DNA of 64,000 nucleotides from Dipteris shenzhenensis (lineage: Eukaryota). The notes beneath the pieces are model-generated. The model saw only the letters and a program-made list of their open reading frames with translations. It did not search any database and was not told where the DNA came from. The stretch is from assembly GCA_047967505.1 (NCBI GenBank), contig CM106538.1, one strand, 5' to 3'. The position numbers were made by a program, and so were the translations under genes. Below, in pieces: positions 37,804 to 50,009 of the stretch (positions within the stretch are counted from its first letter, which is position 1; every line of letters starts with the position of its first letter).

Positions 37804-40200
37804 AAAATTCCACCGAGTCCTCCAGACTGAGCTTTTTTGCTGAGACTCGTAAAGTGGCGGTCACAAATTCCATGGGCACTACCACCTCAACCCCATAAAC
37901 CAGCTTGACAGGTGTTATTCCAGTGCTTACTTTAATGCTATTTGGAATTCCTACAATGCTGAATCTAGCTTTGGGTCCCAATCCGTTCTATTTTTCGATA
38001 TTGTCAATTCAGAATCTGCTTCATGATTTCGTTAGAACTTTATGCATGTCCGGCTACTTGTGGATGGTATGTTAATACAATTTTGTGAACAATCATGCGA
38101 GCTTTTGTCAAAATTTTAATAGTTCTATTTAGGATGTGTCCTCCCTGTTAGATATCAATGCTCCACTCTCGTGTAACTATGCGAGAACTAGCTAACTCTA
38201 CTTGTAAGCCCCCCATATGAGGAGAAGGCATTTGAGTAGCTCGGTTATACGATAGTTCTTGGTTTGGACACCAGATGGGGGCCATGTGTGGCCTGATGCT
38301 GGAGGCTTTAGATAGAGTTGGCATACTACCAACTAGGCTACATGCAAGTGCGAGAAGGCATCCCATGACTGACCGCACTGAGGGTAGATGGAGCATTTCC
38401 TGGGGCAGCCCAGTCTCAGGTTGTGGGGCCCGTTTGGAGCCCCAGATGATCCCGAATGGCTCTGGGTAGATGGGGGTGCCTCTTTGCACAAATGTCAATA
38501 CAACCTTGTTTGAGGTGATTGCAAAGTATTGTGCCCATTGGATATTCTTTACATTGTCGATCAAGCATTAAACACCGTTTTTGCCTTAGTGTCATGCACA
38601 ACTGTAAAAAAACACAGTCCTAGATGTGTTATTCAAACAAGTGCTTATGGGATGAGTGTGCCACTTTGCATGTAAGTTAATTCCACCAATTTTGAGGTGT
38701 GTGCAAACTATTGTGCCCATCAGATATGCTTTTCATTGTCAATAAAGCATAAAACACCGTTTTTGCCTTAGTGTCATGCACAACCATAAAAAAACATGGT
38801 CCTAGGTGTGTTATTCAAACAAGTACTTATCGGATGGGGCCTCCACTTTGCACACAAGTCAAGTTCAACTAGGTTGAGGTATGTAAAAAGAATTGTGCCC
38901 ATCGAATATGCTTTGCATGGTCGATCACACATTATACATCTTTGCGGGGCCCGTTTGGAGCCCCCAGATGATCTCGGATGGCTCTATTTTGTGCCACAGT
39001 TTTATCGTGTGGTCAGTGGCCTATTTCGTCCGACCCCCAGTCGGCCATTTTGGGTAGACTGGGTCTGTGACCCAATTGGGTCTAACCGACTACGAATGGT
39101 GGCTATATAAGAGCAAGCCCGTGAAGCCCATTATTATCACTGGCTACAGCAACCCTGATTCCTTAGCATCCAGCCTCTGTCCTCTACTATTTCCAGCATG
39201 CCATCAAAGCTTCTCACACAGGAGTGCACGGTTGGGAGGCAGCGCCATCTATTGTATCACTTTTACAGTAATCAAGTTTTTTATTCTCCATACTATCTAC
39301 TTTTCTCTCTTGCATATGAGATCCTGTTATCTGTTGAGCACAGACATTGTATTGTTTTCTTACACTCCCTACTCCGATACCAGCTCTATCAGACATCCAA
39401 TTTGTGTGATGAAATTGCAGTATCGAAATTTTGCAGTGTTGTCTAATGAATTATTGTGCAGAGCTTGTGCCTTTACCCACTTGGTGAAACAATCTATGGC
39501 TACCAAAATATATTTATTCCTAGTGTGTTTTGCAACTGGTTTGAATGGTCCCACAAAATCTAGACCCCATTTTTGAAATGGCTCCAATGATAAAATTGGA
39601 TTTAGTGGCAATCTATAGGCATCTGATGGTTGTCCATCCCTTTGTCAATACCGACATTTCTTTGCAAATTCATGTGAATCTTGATTGTTGTCAGCCACCA
39701 CAATCCTTCTTGAAAAATCTTTTTTGATGTTACATTACCCGCAAAATGACCACCCAATGTCTCTTGATGGGCTTCTTGCAAAACTACATGATGCTCATTG
39801 TCTGGAACACATCCTTGGAGTATCTAATCTATTCCCCTTTTGTACAGTGACCCTACAATAATCATGAATGGTCTGCTTTTGAGATTCATTCTATGCCTTT
39901 GATCGCTTTTAAAATTTTCAGGGAACACACCATCTATTAGAAATTGCAACATTATGTCATATCAATCTGTTATACGAATGGCTTCCACCTGGAACAAAGA
40001 TGCATCTCATAGATCATCCAGAACTCCTTGTCCTAGGTGTTCTCCAGGCTCCAATCTGCTCAGGTGATCTACAATAAGGTGTTGTCTTCTTGGAGTGTGT
40101 ACTATTTTGTAATTGAATTCTTGTAAGAGTAAGATCCACCTTGATACCCTTTTAGACGGTTGTGGTTTGTTGACCACAACAAAGAGAACGAACTCCAAAA
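37804..40200 (-). mobile_element. Ty3/gypsy RNase H-integrase remnant interrupted by a solo LTR
   Basis: RVSRWILLLQEFNYKIVH, PFQKWGLDFVGP, YILVAIDCFTKWVKA, TGITPVKLVYGVEVVVP. Confidence 0.85.
38146..39364. repeat. Solo LTR (1219 bp) with 5-bp TSD CTCCC and internal ~185-bp tandem repeats
   Basis: CTCCC|TGTTAG...TTACA|CTCCC. Removing it rejoins the integrase frame (LVSE-QGGHILN). Confidence 0.85.
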
Positions 40201-40439
40201 AAAAGTTGCCCACATGAAGAGGCATGCCATAGAAGAGGCCCAGGACCACTAAGGTAAAATGAAGCATCTAGGGCTAATCCCAATTTGGAAGGCAACAGTA
40301 GAAGGGCTAGGCCCCCTTGAAGACCTAGCCATTTCCCCTACTAGGTTGCTCGTGAACTTTCAAGTTTGTAAGAAAATGATCCACTCTGCGGAAGCTTTCA
40401 TGAACCATGAATCAAGCCATACCTTGACCTCCCAAGTAG

Positions 40440-42200
40440 TATGCGACCAATTAATATAAAAGGTGACTGCTCCTGTACTTGTAAGGGTTGTGATTGGTCG
40501 AGGCATGCTGGTGGTTGGGTATACGAAAGTGCAAGTTTCGATGAATAACCATAGTGTGGCAAGCCAATTCTATGTAATGTCCATAGATGCTATTGATGAG
40601 CAGATAATACTTAGTAGGACATGGTGTTGGGCTTCTCAGGGGGGTCACTATGTATAAACCCTATATATCACGTGCATTCAAGGCCTATTTGTAAAACCCC
40701 TTATGTGTAAATTTATCATTTAAAAAAACACACACTTTTTCTATTCAATCTATGAATTCCCCCCTTATATGATACTCTTTTGTATGTGAAAAATGTGTAA
40801 AAAGGGAATTTTAAAAAAGCCTCTATTGAACGCATGTGCTATGCTTACATATTTATCAGTGAACCCCCTCAGTTGGGCTGTCAGATTTTTAGATTGACTA
40901 GCATGAATGAACAACAACACTTGGTTATGCGTCTGTGACTCCACTTTATTTAGGATTCATGGAGTTGAAGATCTCCTGAGCATATAAGTTCAACACAGTA
41001 TCCACCCCGATCTACAAAAAGACTAGATAGATATCCACCTACTAGCAGGATGAGTATTCGCCATCCGCCTCCACTCCTTTTGTAGAGGCCATTTCCCTAT
41101 CTCAAGTTAGAAAGTTGGTCCTCACAATAGTTCTTCAATCTTCCAATGTCGACACCATTGTGACAATTAGGGCTGTAATAGGAAATGCAAGATCACCACT
41201 AGCCCACTATAACTATAGCATCTACATCCCAATCCTTTGAGTCACCCATGAGACCGACAGGAAGGACACTGATAGGTTCACAATGGGACTCTCCAAGACA
41301 ACGTTATCTGGATCATAGACAGAGGGCATCAACATGCATCTTCGCTCCTACCCTTACTTCCCATGCCAAACTTGGTTCAAGCTCCCAGACAAAGGAGACC
41401 TCGAAGAAGAAGACGTGCAACAAAGCCCAAGAAGCAAAGAAGTCACCTAAGGTGGATCCCTAAGCGGTTACTAAAAGCTCAAGGCTACTGTGAAAGTAGT
41501 GCTTATATTTAAGTACCCGGGACTCGCCACATGGAGATTCCACCTTCCATCGACCACCCCAAGAGCAGAAGGCAATCTCTAGCCTCATCCAGTTGCACGA
41601 TAGCAATAGAGCCACAAGAACTTGCCTCTGAAAAGGAGATAGCCCCACGAGAACCTATTGCTCACCCATAAAAAGAAAGGACCACCCTAGCAAGGTCACA
41701 AACAACCACACTATACCCTAGAATCCTTATGTTACAAGCGAGAATGTCATCGACAATCGCAACAGTCCCACAAGAACCTACTGCATTTTGAGGCAAGGAA
41801 TAAGCTAAAGAAATGGTTGATCCCCAATGGGTTCCCAAGGGAAAACCCCTAAGTTTTGGCTCCACTTCTACTTCTACATCAATGTATAGCTCAGTAGCAC
41901 CACAAGAACTTTCTCTTGAAAAGGGAGTAGTGCCACAAGAACCTACCGCTACTCCTACTTTGAAGGTACCAACTTCAAAGACAAAAATCCACATAGGCAT
42001 CATGCAAGATTGAGTTGAGCCACTAGGCTATCAACACCTCAAAGCCACATTCAAGATCAAGTTGAGCGACTAGGCTACCAAGACCTCAAAGCCACACTAC
42101 TTCCAATGGATGCTCATGCTGGGACCACCCAAGTCAACACCAATGAGACGACAACACCATTCATTTGCAACTCCAAGATGTTGCTATCCACCCTACTTAT
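40440..42200 (+). mobile_element. Decayed gypsy-like protease/spacer region related to 1-590
   Basis: QFYVMSIDAIDEQIILSRTW is protease-like. GGAGTAGTG.CACAAGAACCTAC motifs are shared with 430-455. Confidence 0.45.
40639..40868. mobile_element. 230-bp MITE (PIF/Harbinger, Tourist-like)
   Basis: TIRs GGGGGGTCACT...AGTGAACCCCC with 3-bp TSD TCA on both sides. Confidence 0.7.
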
Positions 42201-43200
42201 AGGTGCTCTAAACACATGCGTGGTGTGGAAAGAGGCAAGATACCCCAAGCACCCACAACTCTGATTTTATTTATCATGTTATGTAGGTCTAGGCAAAAAT
42301 AGGAAGTCCAAGGGATAGGTGGAAACAGGATGTCGCTACAGGAGAAGTCTCGATCCGTTTGTAAAAATAGCACCCTCCTAGTTGGTCGTAAGTCAACTAA
42401 AGAACTACACACCCATATTAAGTGAGTCAGCACCTTATGAGTCGACTTAGGTCACTAGAATCCAATATTATGCACACTTCAAACTACAAATTTCAATAGT
42501 CTTACTGACTTCATCACGTTGCAATAGCCCTAAATCACTGCCATACAACAATAGCTCTAATGCCCTACCAGTCATTGCCATGCCTCTACACTAACATTAA
42601 TACCCCACCATGAGGCATTGCCACTAATGCATCACCGGGTAATGCCATGCCACGATGTTATTTTCCCATCGCCTACCACTTTATGCATAACGCTTCATCT
42701 ATTATGCTACGTCATGCTGGGATATGCCTAGCACTTCGCACTGTGTTGTGAAGTAGACCGCTACTCCCTGATGCAAGTGACTATAAGCTCTCAGGTCCTC
42801 CACAAATTATGAGCCAAGGACAGATCACGAACAGGAAGGGAGCCATGTTAACCACATGGGTTAGCAGAGTCGCGATGGTAAACAACAAAGTCCCAAGAAG
42901 CTGAGACAAAGAAATAGAGTATATGACTTGGAGCTGGATGGGCCCAAGCAATTTGTAAATAGTGAGAATAGAGGGAGTGGTAGGGCAAAAGGTAGAATGT
43001 ATAAATGGCCAAAAGCTTAAGTTTGGTCTTCATTGTTAGATGCAAACATTTGGAATACAAGCTCTCTTTCTCTCTTTCATGAGTTTTCTCATGTTCTTTC
43101 ATAGTGCCCTTGTGATTGCCACTCCCTCTCCCCCTTCTTCCCTTCCATATTCCCCTCTTGCCCTCCCCTCTCCCTCTCTTCTCCTTTCTCCCCTCCCCCT

Positions 43201-45963
43201 TGTTGGGATAACTATGGTCAAGGGATTGCTCTATGGTGCATGTGTGCATCTAGGGGAGTCACATGTGTGTGTGTGTGTGTTGCAGAGGCACATCTAGTGC
43301 TATGATGTGTCTAGTGTGTGACCTAAGTGATGATGTAAGCCAAAGGCCCCCACATTGGAGGTTCCTTTGATTTAGAGATTTTGCCTCACTTGTGGTCTCA
43401 CTCTTTGTGCCATGATGCATCTCTTCTACCCCACACTCCTCTACATTTGGTATCAGAGCTGATAGGCTTTGTAGAACTCATTTTGGTAGTGCCACATCAT
43501 CATCTTCTCCAACACCTCCTTTTGAGTGTTCTTCCTCCTTCCTTCTCAGAATTTGCTTAGCTCTATTCTCCCCATTCCATGCAACTTTTGCCAAGCCCTT
43601 CTAGCTGGAGTTTCTCCACTATGGGGTGCTCCACTAGCCTAGAGCATCCTCCCAGAGATGGTGTATTCCACCCGCGTTGATCCAAGCAAACTGAAATGTC
43701 AAAATGCGCAATTCCTTCCTTCTGCTAAACCATTGCGTAAGCCCTTCTAGCACAAGTTGGTCCATGCCTAGAGCCTGCTGCTGATGAATTTTGAAGGCCA
43801 ATGCTTGTTGGAGCAAGGAGAAATCAAAGAAAAGACAGTCAAAGAAGGCACAACTCTCCTAGACAAAAAGGTGCACTATTTCAGCAATGCTCTGTGGTGA
43901 ACTTACTTGGGTATTCAAGCTTTAGTTTTGCATAGAAAGCCCTCTCAAACTCTTCTTCAGTTGTGTGAATTGTGCCCTCCAAGTTGAGCTAGTCTACTGT
44001 AATGCATTTTTGACAGTTTTGGACATTTAATGCTAGAGTAAATGCTAGAGTGATGCTTGAGGATTGAAGTAATGCCAAAGTACAGATCAGAGAATGCTTT
44101 TTCAGTTTGAAATTCAGTTGGGGCTGATCTCTTGTCAAAATGCCAAGCTCTGAAGGTTCTTCTAATGCTAATCATTTGAAGACTACAAGAAGGACAAAAT
44201 TCAAAGTGAAGAAGACCCCATCCAAGAAACTTTGGGAGAAGCCAATAGGTTATGAATATGCTAAACAATTAGGATTCTCTGAATTTACCTCTAGCAATCT
44301 ACATTTGTATGGTGAGGGAGATTTCTTTGTTCCACAAGATTAGTCATTTTTTTAAAGAGAGTAGACATTGCTTGACAAATGTAAGAACCTCTCATGGCTA
44401 CTTATAAAATTGACAAGTTCAATTGCCAAGGCTTCCATACTTGGCAGATGAAGATAAAGTTTATGCTTATGAAGGAAAATCTAGGGGACTTAGTCAAGGA
44501 GGGAACTCAAACCTCTCAAGAAGGTGAATCAACTACAACAAAAGGTAAAGGAAAGGCCACTGACTCTACTTCTACACCTGTAGATGCAAAAAGAATTGAG
44601 AAAGCCTATGCCATCATTGCATTAGGTTTGGGTGATGACTATGTACACCACATTTCAGATTTGGAATCCCCTTTTGAAGCATGGCACAAGTTAGACATAT
44701 TTTTTGGTGCTAGCTCTCATACTTCCAAATTAAATCTGAAAATTAAGTTCTTTGAACTTAAAATGGAGGGAGATAATGTTGTTGCCCATGTCAACACTCT
44801 GCTGAGAAGTATTATGACACAACTAGCTTCAATTAATTCCCTTGTCATTGAGGATGATGCTATGGCAGTGCTTTTAAAGAGCATGCCTTAGGATTTTGAC
44901 TATGTGGTTACTACTTTGAAGAATCTTGAGGCAAAATCCACGCATTAGAATGAAGGAATGTCCTCCATTTTATAGTCAAAATCCTCAGCCCTCATTAGAA
45001 GGCATCATTAGTGCCTTACAAGAAGGGAAAGAAAGAACACTTCAAGAATAGGCAAAATGCATACAGAGTCACTTGCAGTAAAGTTTTCAAAGAGTACGTA
45101 CAAGGCTTGTAAACACTGTGGGAAGAAAAATCACCTTGAGAAGGATTGTTATAGAATCAACCCTTGCTCATATTGTGGAAAGAATAATCACTCTAAAAAG
45201 TTTTGCAATGAGAAAAAGAGGACTATGACAAATTTGGTTGAAGAGAGAACTCCATCAGCAAAAGAAGCATCCAAGTTTGTGGTAGAAGACAAGGATTTTG
45301 CCTTTTGAGCAACTTGTCTTTGAATTTTTGTTTATCATCACTTGGTTAAACTTTGAGGTTCTCTGCCTGGAGTAGTAATCCAAAAAGAATGTCATGTCTT
45401 TTGTAAATCACCTCTGGTCACCATATGATGTAGGCCATGTGATATGTGTTTGGTCTATCCCATTTTTGTAAACCTTGACCCTTGGGCACCTTTGTAAGCA
45501 TGAGATCCTAGACATAGATTTATCCTTGACCACCATGAGATGGCATGAGAAACTATGAGTCTAGATGTATCCTTGACATTGCAAGAGGCAAACCCTTGAG
45601 GGGGGTATGTTGGGATAACTATGGTTAAGGGATTACTCTATGGTGCATGTGTGCATCTAGAGCAGTCACGTGTGTGTGTGTGTGTGTGTGTGTGTTGTAG
45701 AGGCACATCTAGTGCTATGATGTGTCTAGTGTGTGACCTAAGTGATGATGTAAGCCAAAGGCCCCCACATGAGAGGTTCCTTGATTTAGGCCAGTCCCAT
45801 AGCTGTAGGGGCTAATTGCCACTGATTTAGGGGAGGTGCCTACACCATCCTCTCTTTCTATAAAATGGAGGTCATTCCTTCATTCTAATACATGGATTTT
45901 GCCTCACTTGTGCTCTCACTCTTTGTGCCATGATGCATCTCTTCTACCCCCCACTCCTCTAGA
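43201..45963 (+). mobile_element. Gag-only non-autonomous LTR retrotransposon (copia-type gag, TR-GAG-like)
   Basis: LTRs 43201-43445 and 45608-45963 (TGTTGGGATAACT...), PBS TGGTATCAGAGC 43448-43459, PPT TTGAGGGGGG before 45608, TSD CCCCT/CCCTT. gag at 44394-45308 (KIDKFNCQGFHTWQMKIK, two CCHC knuckles). No pol. Confidence 0.9.
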
Positions 45964-48900
45964 CCCTTCTCCCTTTCATGGACCCACATTGCACCATTCG
46001 TGAAGCTGCTTGTGTGACACAAGTGGTGGATGACAAGCCATGCATTGCTCCTCATCTCATGAAGACGAGGAGGGAGTGCCCTTGACGTCTTGGTGAACTT
46101 CCCCATGACACGTGAGCCATAGCTAGGACTACACCAGAATTCATGATTTTGAACATTATTTATGTGGGTGATACAAGATCTAGAGAACAAATAATCATTA
46201 GCATCAAAAACAAACTTGCAATAGAGTTCTCCATGAAAGACATGAGTAGACTTCACTATTTTCCTACAATGTTTTCAAATACAAAACCATTTGATGACCA
46301 GTTGTTTCAATACACCAATTCCTTGTACATACATTTGAGAAAATACCATGAGTCGTATGTAGCATAATCTACTAAACTGCCACTAGGCTGGAGATGATGT
46401 ATGCGTTTGACTTTTCTCATTAATTAGATGCAAATCATTACATGGAAAAATTAAGAAGGTTCATATATAAGTCTCTAGAAGTGTATTTAGAAATATCAAG
46501 GACACTACAGGCTATGGCCTAAATTATGAAAGTTAATTTCAATGTTCATGGCAAAAGATCCACTAGAGGATTTGGGCATTTCCTTTTACTTGAAGGTACA
46601 TATCACTCGAGTGAGAAACAATTGACTATTATGTCATCAAAATACGCTAAATAATATTATACAACAACCAGCTCTGTTTGTGAAGCCTTTGTGTACAGGA
46701 AAGGTGGAAAATCTACTATTATTGTTCTATATGTGGATGATCTCCTTATTACAGATGACTATGAAGACTTCTTTATTATTATTATTCTTTGGGGGGGTGA
46801 GAGAGAACTATCAGCTACTACAATAGTAGGCAACTACCAATCTTCCATGCCCATACAAAGCCCTTCAAATCATGTATTAAAAGAAAACAACAAAATTACC
46901 AAAACAAACTACAAATTAACTTCTTCTTCAAAGTTGCATCATAAAATCTCGTTATTTTCATTGTCTTGCATTGTTCTAGAGGTTTTCTCACGTGAATCTC
47001 CATGCAAGTTGCTATGATAGACCCTAATTTGAGTTGAAAACTAAAAAAATTCTAAAACTACATGAATGAACAGTACCTGATTCTTGGAGCAAGGTTATTT
47101 GAAAGAAAAATGTGATCAAACTTGTCCCTTCGAGTGGTCCCAAATGTGTTCCAGAATTGATGAAGTTGATGGTTCTTGCTTCAAAACAAATTATATGCTC
47201 CCAAACATCTTAAAATCTATTTCAAGCAATATTCTGTAGAAAACCATTGGTAGTAAGAGTGAAAAAGACTCATTTCTCATGGAATTTCTTACAAAACGAA
47301 CAAATCTTTCAATGTTTTCAAACTATGAAATAAAACAAAACAACACAACTACACAAAATGAACTACGAACTAACCATCTCTTCAAAGTTACATCATTAAC
47401 AAACAAATCTCGTCATAATCACTGTGTTGCATTGTTCCAAAGATTATCTCACTTGAACCTCCATACAAGTTGTTTGGATGGACCCCAAACCTTCACAAAT
47501 GGTTTGAAATCATGCACTCTTAGAGATTGTAGCAAGGAAAGTAACTAGTATTGAGAGATGGGCAAAAGAAAAATTGATTCTCATGCATCAGCAATTGCAA
47601 TGCCTGAAAGTCAATCTTCTTTGATCCTTTCTCAAAGAATCTTGTCCAGTAGCTCCTCCTAAGCTCCAAACACCTTGCATCATTTATGGTTCACTCAGAA
47701 CATTGATTGCCATGTCTTCCTGAATGAAATGATTTCAGATCATTGGAGAATATTAGATGAGAGAGGAAGTGGCAAGATTTGAAGGAGAAGCACCCAAAAT
47801 AGAGAAAGAAGAAGGTAGGTTGAATCTCATTCAAAAATCTTGAACATTTTGAAAGAATGAGAATGAAATGGGAGGGAATGCAGGTAGAGAAGAGAAATGA
47901 TGAGATTTTGGTGTGAGAGTCCATCCCATGAGAGGGAGAATAGAGAAAGAAGCTACCCCCGCTCAGAGCCAGTAGGAAATTTGAAAAGAGGGCTGGAGCA
48001 AAGAAAAATTCGAAATGGTGCTCAGAAATGAGGGGGAAGCAAGAGGAATGATAGAGAATGAAAGGAGTGTGGTAGTTGGATGGGAGGATTCGGTTTCTAG
48101 TCAAATGGTACAAGCTTGGTTGAGAAACTAGGTTTCTCAGTTTGGTTACAGTTTAAAAACGTGATCGGAGAGTTGGGGTGCGCCACCTCATTGTTTGGGC
48201 CATTGAATAAAGAAATAGAGAAGTTAGGCCACTTCCAATATTCTATTGCCCTCCACTAGCCAATATTCTATTGGGTTTTATTCACCTTATTCTTCCATGT
48301 CGCTAGCCCAAGGGCTCCCTTACAGGGCCCTTTTTTAGTCCAAATTTTTTGTAATGTGACTTGGACTTTCCAAAAGTCTTCAGTTCCTCCAATGCATGTT
48401 CCTTCTCATTCTTAGTTCAAATTTGTTTGTCAAAAAGTATGAAAAGCTTGTATAAGGATTTCCATACTTCTGTTTTAACAGTTCATGCAATTCTGTTTGC
48501 TTCATGATCTTTAATTCATTGTGTACGTGCCTCCAAATGCCATACTGCACTTTTGAAACATAGCATTGTGTACGTGCCTCTAAACACCATACTGCACTTT
48601 TGAAACATAGTGTGATTGTCTGCTTAGTTTTCTCTTGCCCTATGGGCTATGATAAAAACCTTATAGCCTTCACTTCACCAATAGATGGCTTGATGGGCAC
48701 TTTGGTTCCATTCTTTGTTTTTTTAAGATCTGTTGTGATATGAACATATCCTCCATGGAGACCAATGTCCGACAATACTTTCTCAATTGCTTGAAGTGCA
48801 TCCTTCCTATGCTTTTCAGGACAAAGCTTCCAGGCAAAACCAATGTACAAAAATACCAGCTTCCAAGCAAATCCAATATACAAAAATGCCAGCTTCTCGA

Positions 48901-50009
48901 TGATTCGACATAAAGCATGTAATGTGCATATATGTACATTACACAAAGGGATATCAAGAATGGCTTTGAAATTGGGATCAACCTTATCTCTACTAGGTGT
49001 CTTCCTTCACCATTTGGGATCCATGACATATGATGGCTCCTTGCAGTAAAGGCATGGAGATTTTGAATTACCTCCTTTGCTTATGTTGAACATACACTTG
49101 AGGGTCTTGAGGTCTCGCCTGCCATATGCCAATCAACTTGGAAATCATCTTTGTAGGCTCACGGAAGCAAAAGGATGCACAAGAGTGGAGCAAGAAGTGG
49201 AAGCTGTCACATCAACTAGTAGAATGAAAATGAAAGTACAAAGTACTATAAAAGAGAACCCTAAGACCTTGTGTCCTAGTGGTACCACTAGTATTAGGTG
49301 TCATAAGACACTAAAAGTACTACGTGACCTAAGTGCCAATAACTAAAGCTACATGGCACATACTAGGGCCCAGAGGGCATTAATACGACCGAGAGAAGAT
49401 GGCCTACAAACCCCCTCCATGGTATGGGTTGAAGTATTCTAGAAACATCTCAGAATACCTACTGGATAGGCCCAAGCAATTTGTAAATCGTGAGAATAGA
49501 GGGAGTGGTAGGATGAAAAGAATTAGCCCTCCCATCAAAAGGCGGAATGTATAAATGGCCAAAAGTTTAACTTTGGTCTTCATTGTTGGATGCACAAATT
49601 TGGAATACAAGCTCTCTTTCTCTCTCTCATGAGTTGTCTTGAGTTCTCTTGTGTTCTTTCATAGTGCCCTTGTGATTGCCACTCCCTCCCTTCTTCCCTT
49701 CCATATTCCCCTCTTGCCCTTCCCTCTCCCTCTCTTCTCCTTTCTCCCCTCCCCCTCTCCCTCTCATGGACCCACATTGCAACATTCTTGAAGCTGCTTG
49801 CGTGACACAAGTGGTGGATGACAAGCCATGCATTGCTCCTCATCTCATGGAGACGAGGGAGTTCCCTCGACATATTGGTGAACTTCCCCATGACACGTGA
49901 GTCATAGCTAGGACTACACACCAAAATTCATGATTTTCAACATTATTTATGTGGGTGATACAAGATCTAGAGAACAAATAATCATTAGCATCAAAAACAA
50001 ACTTGCAAT

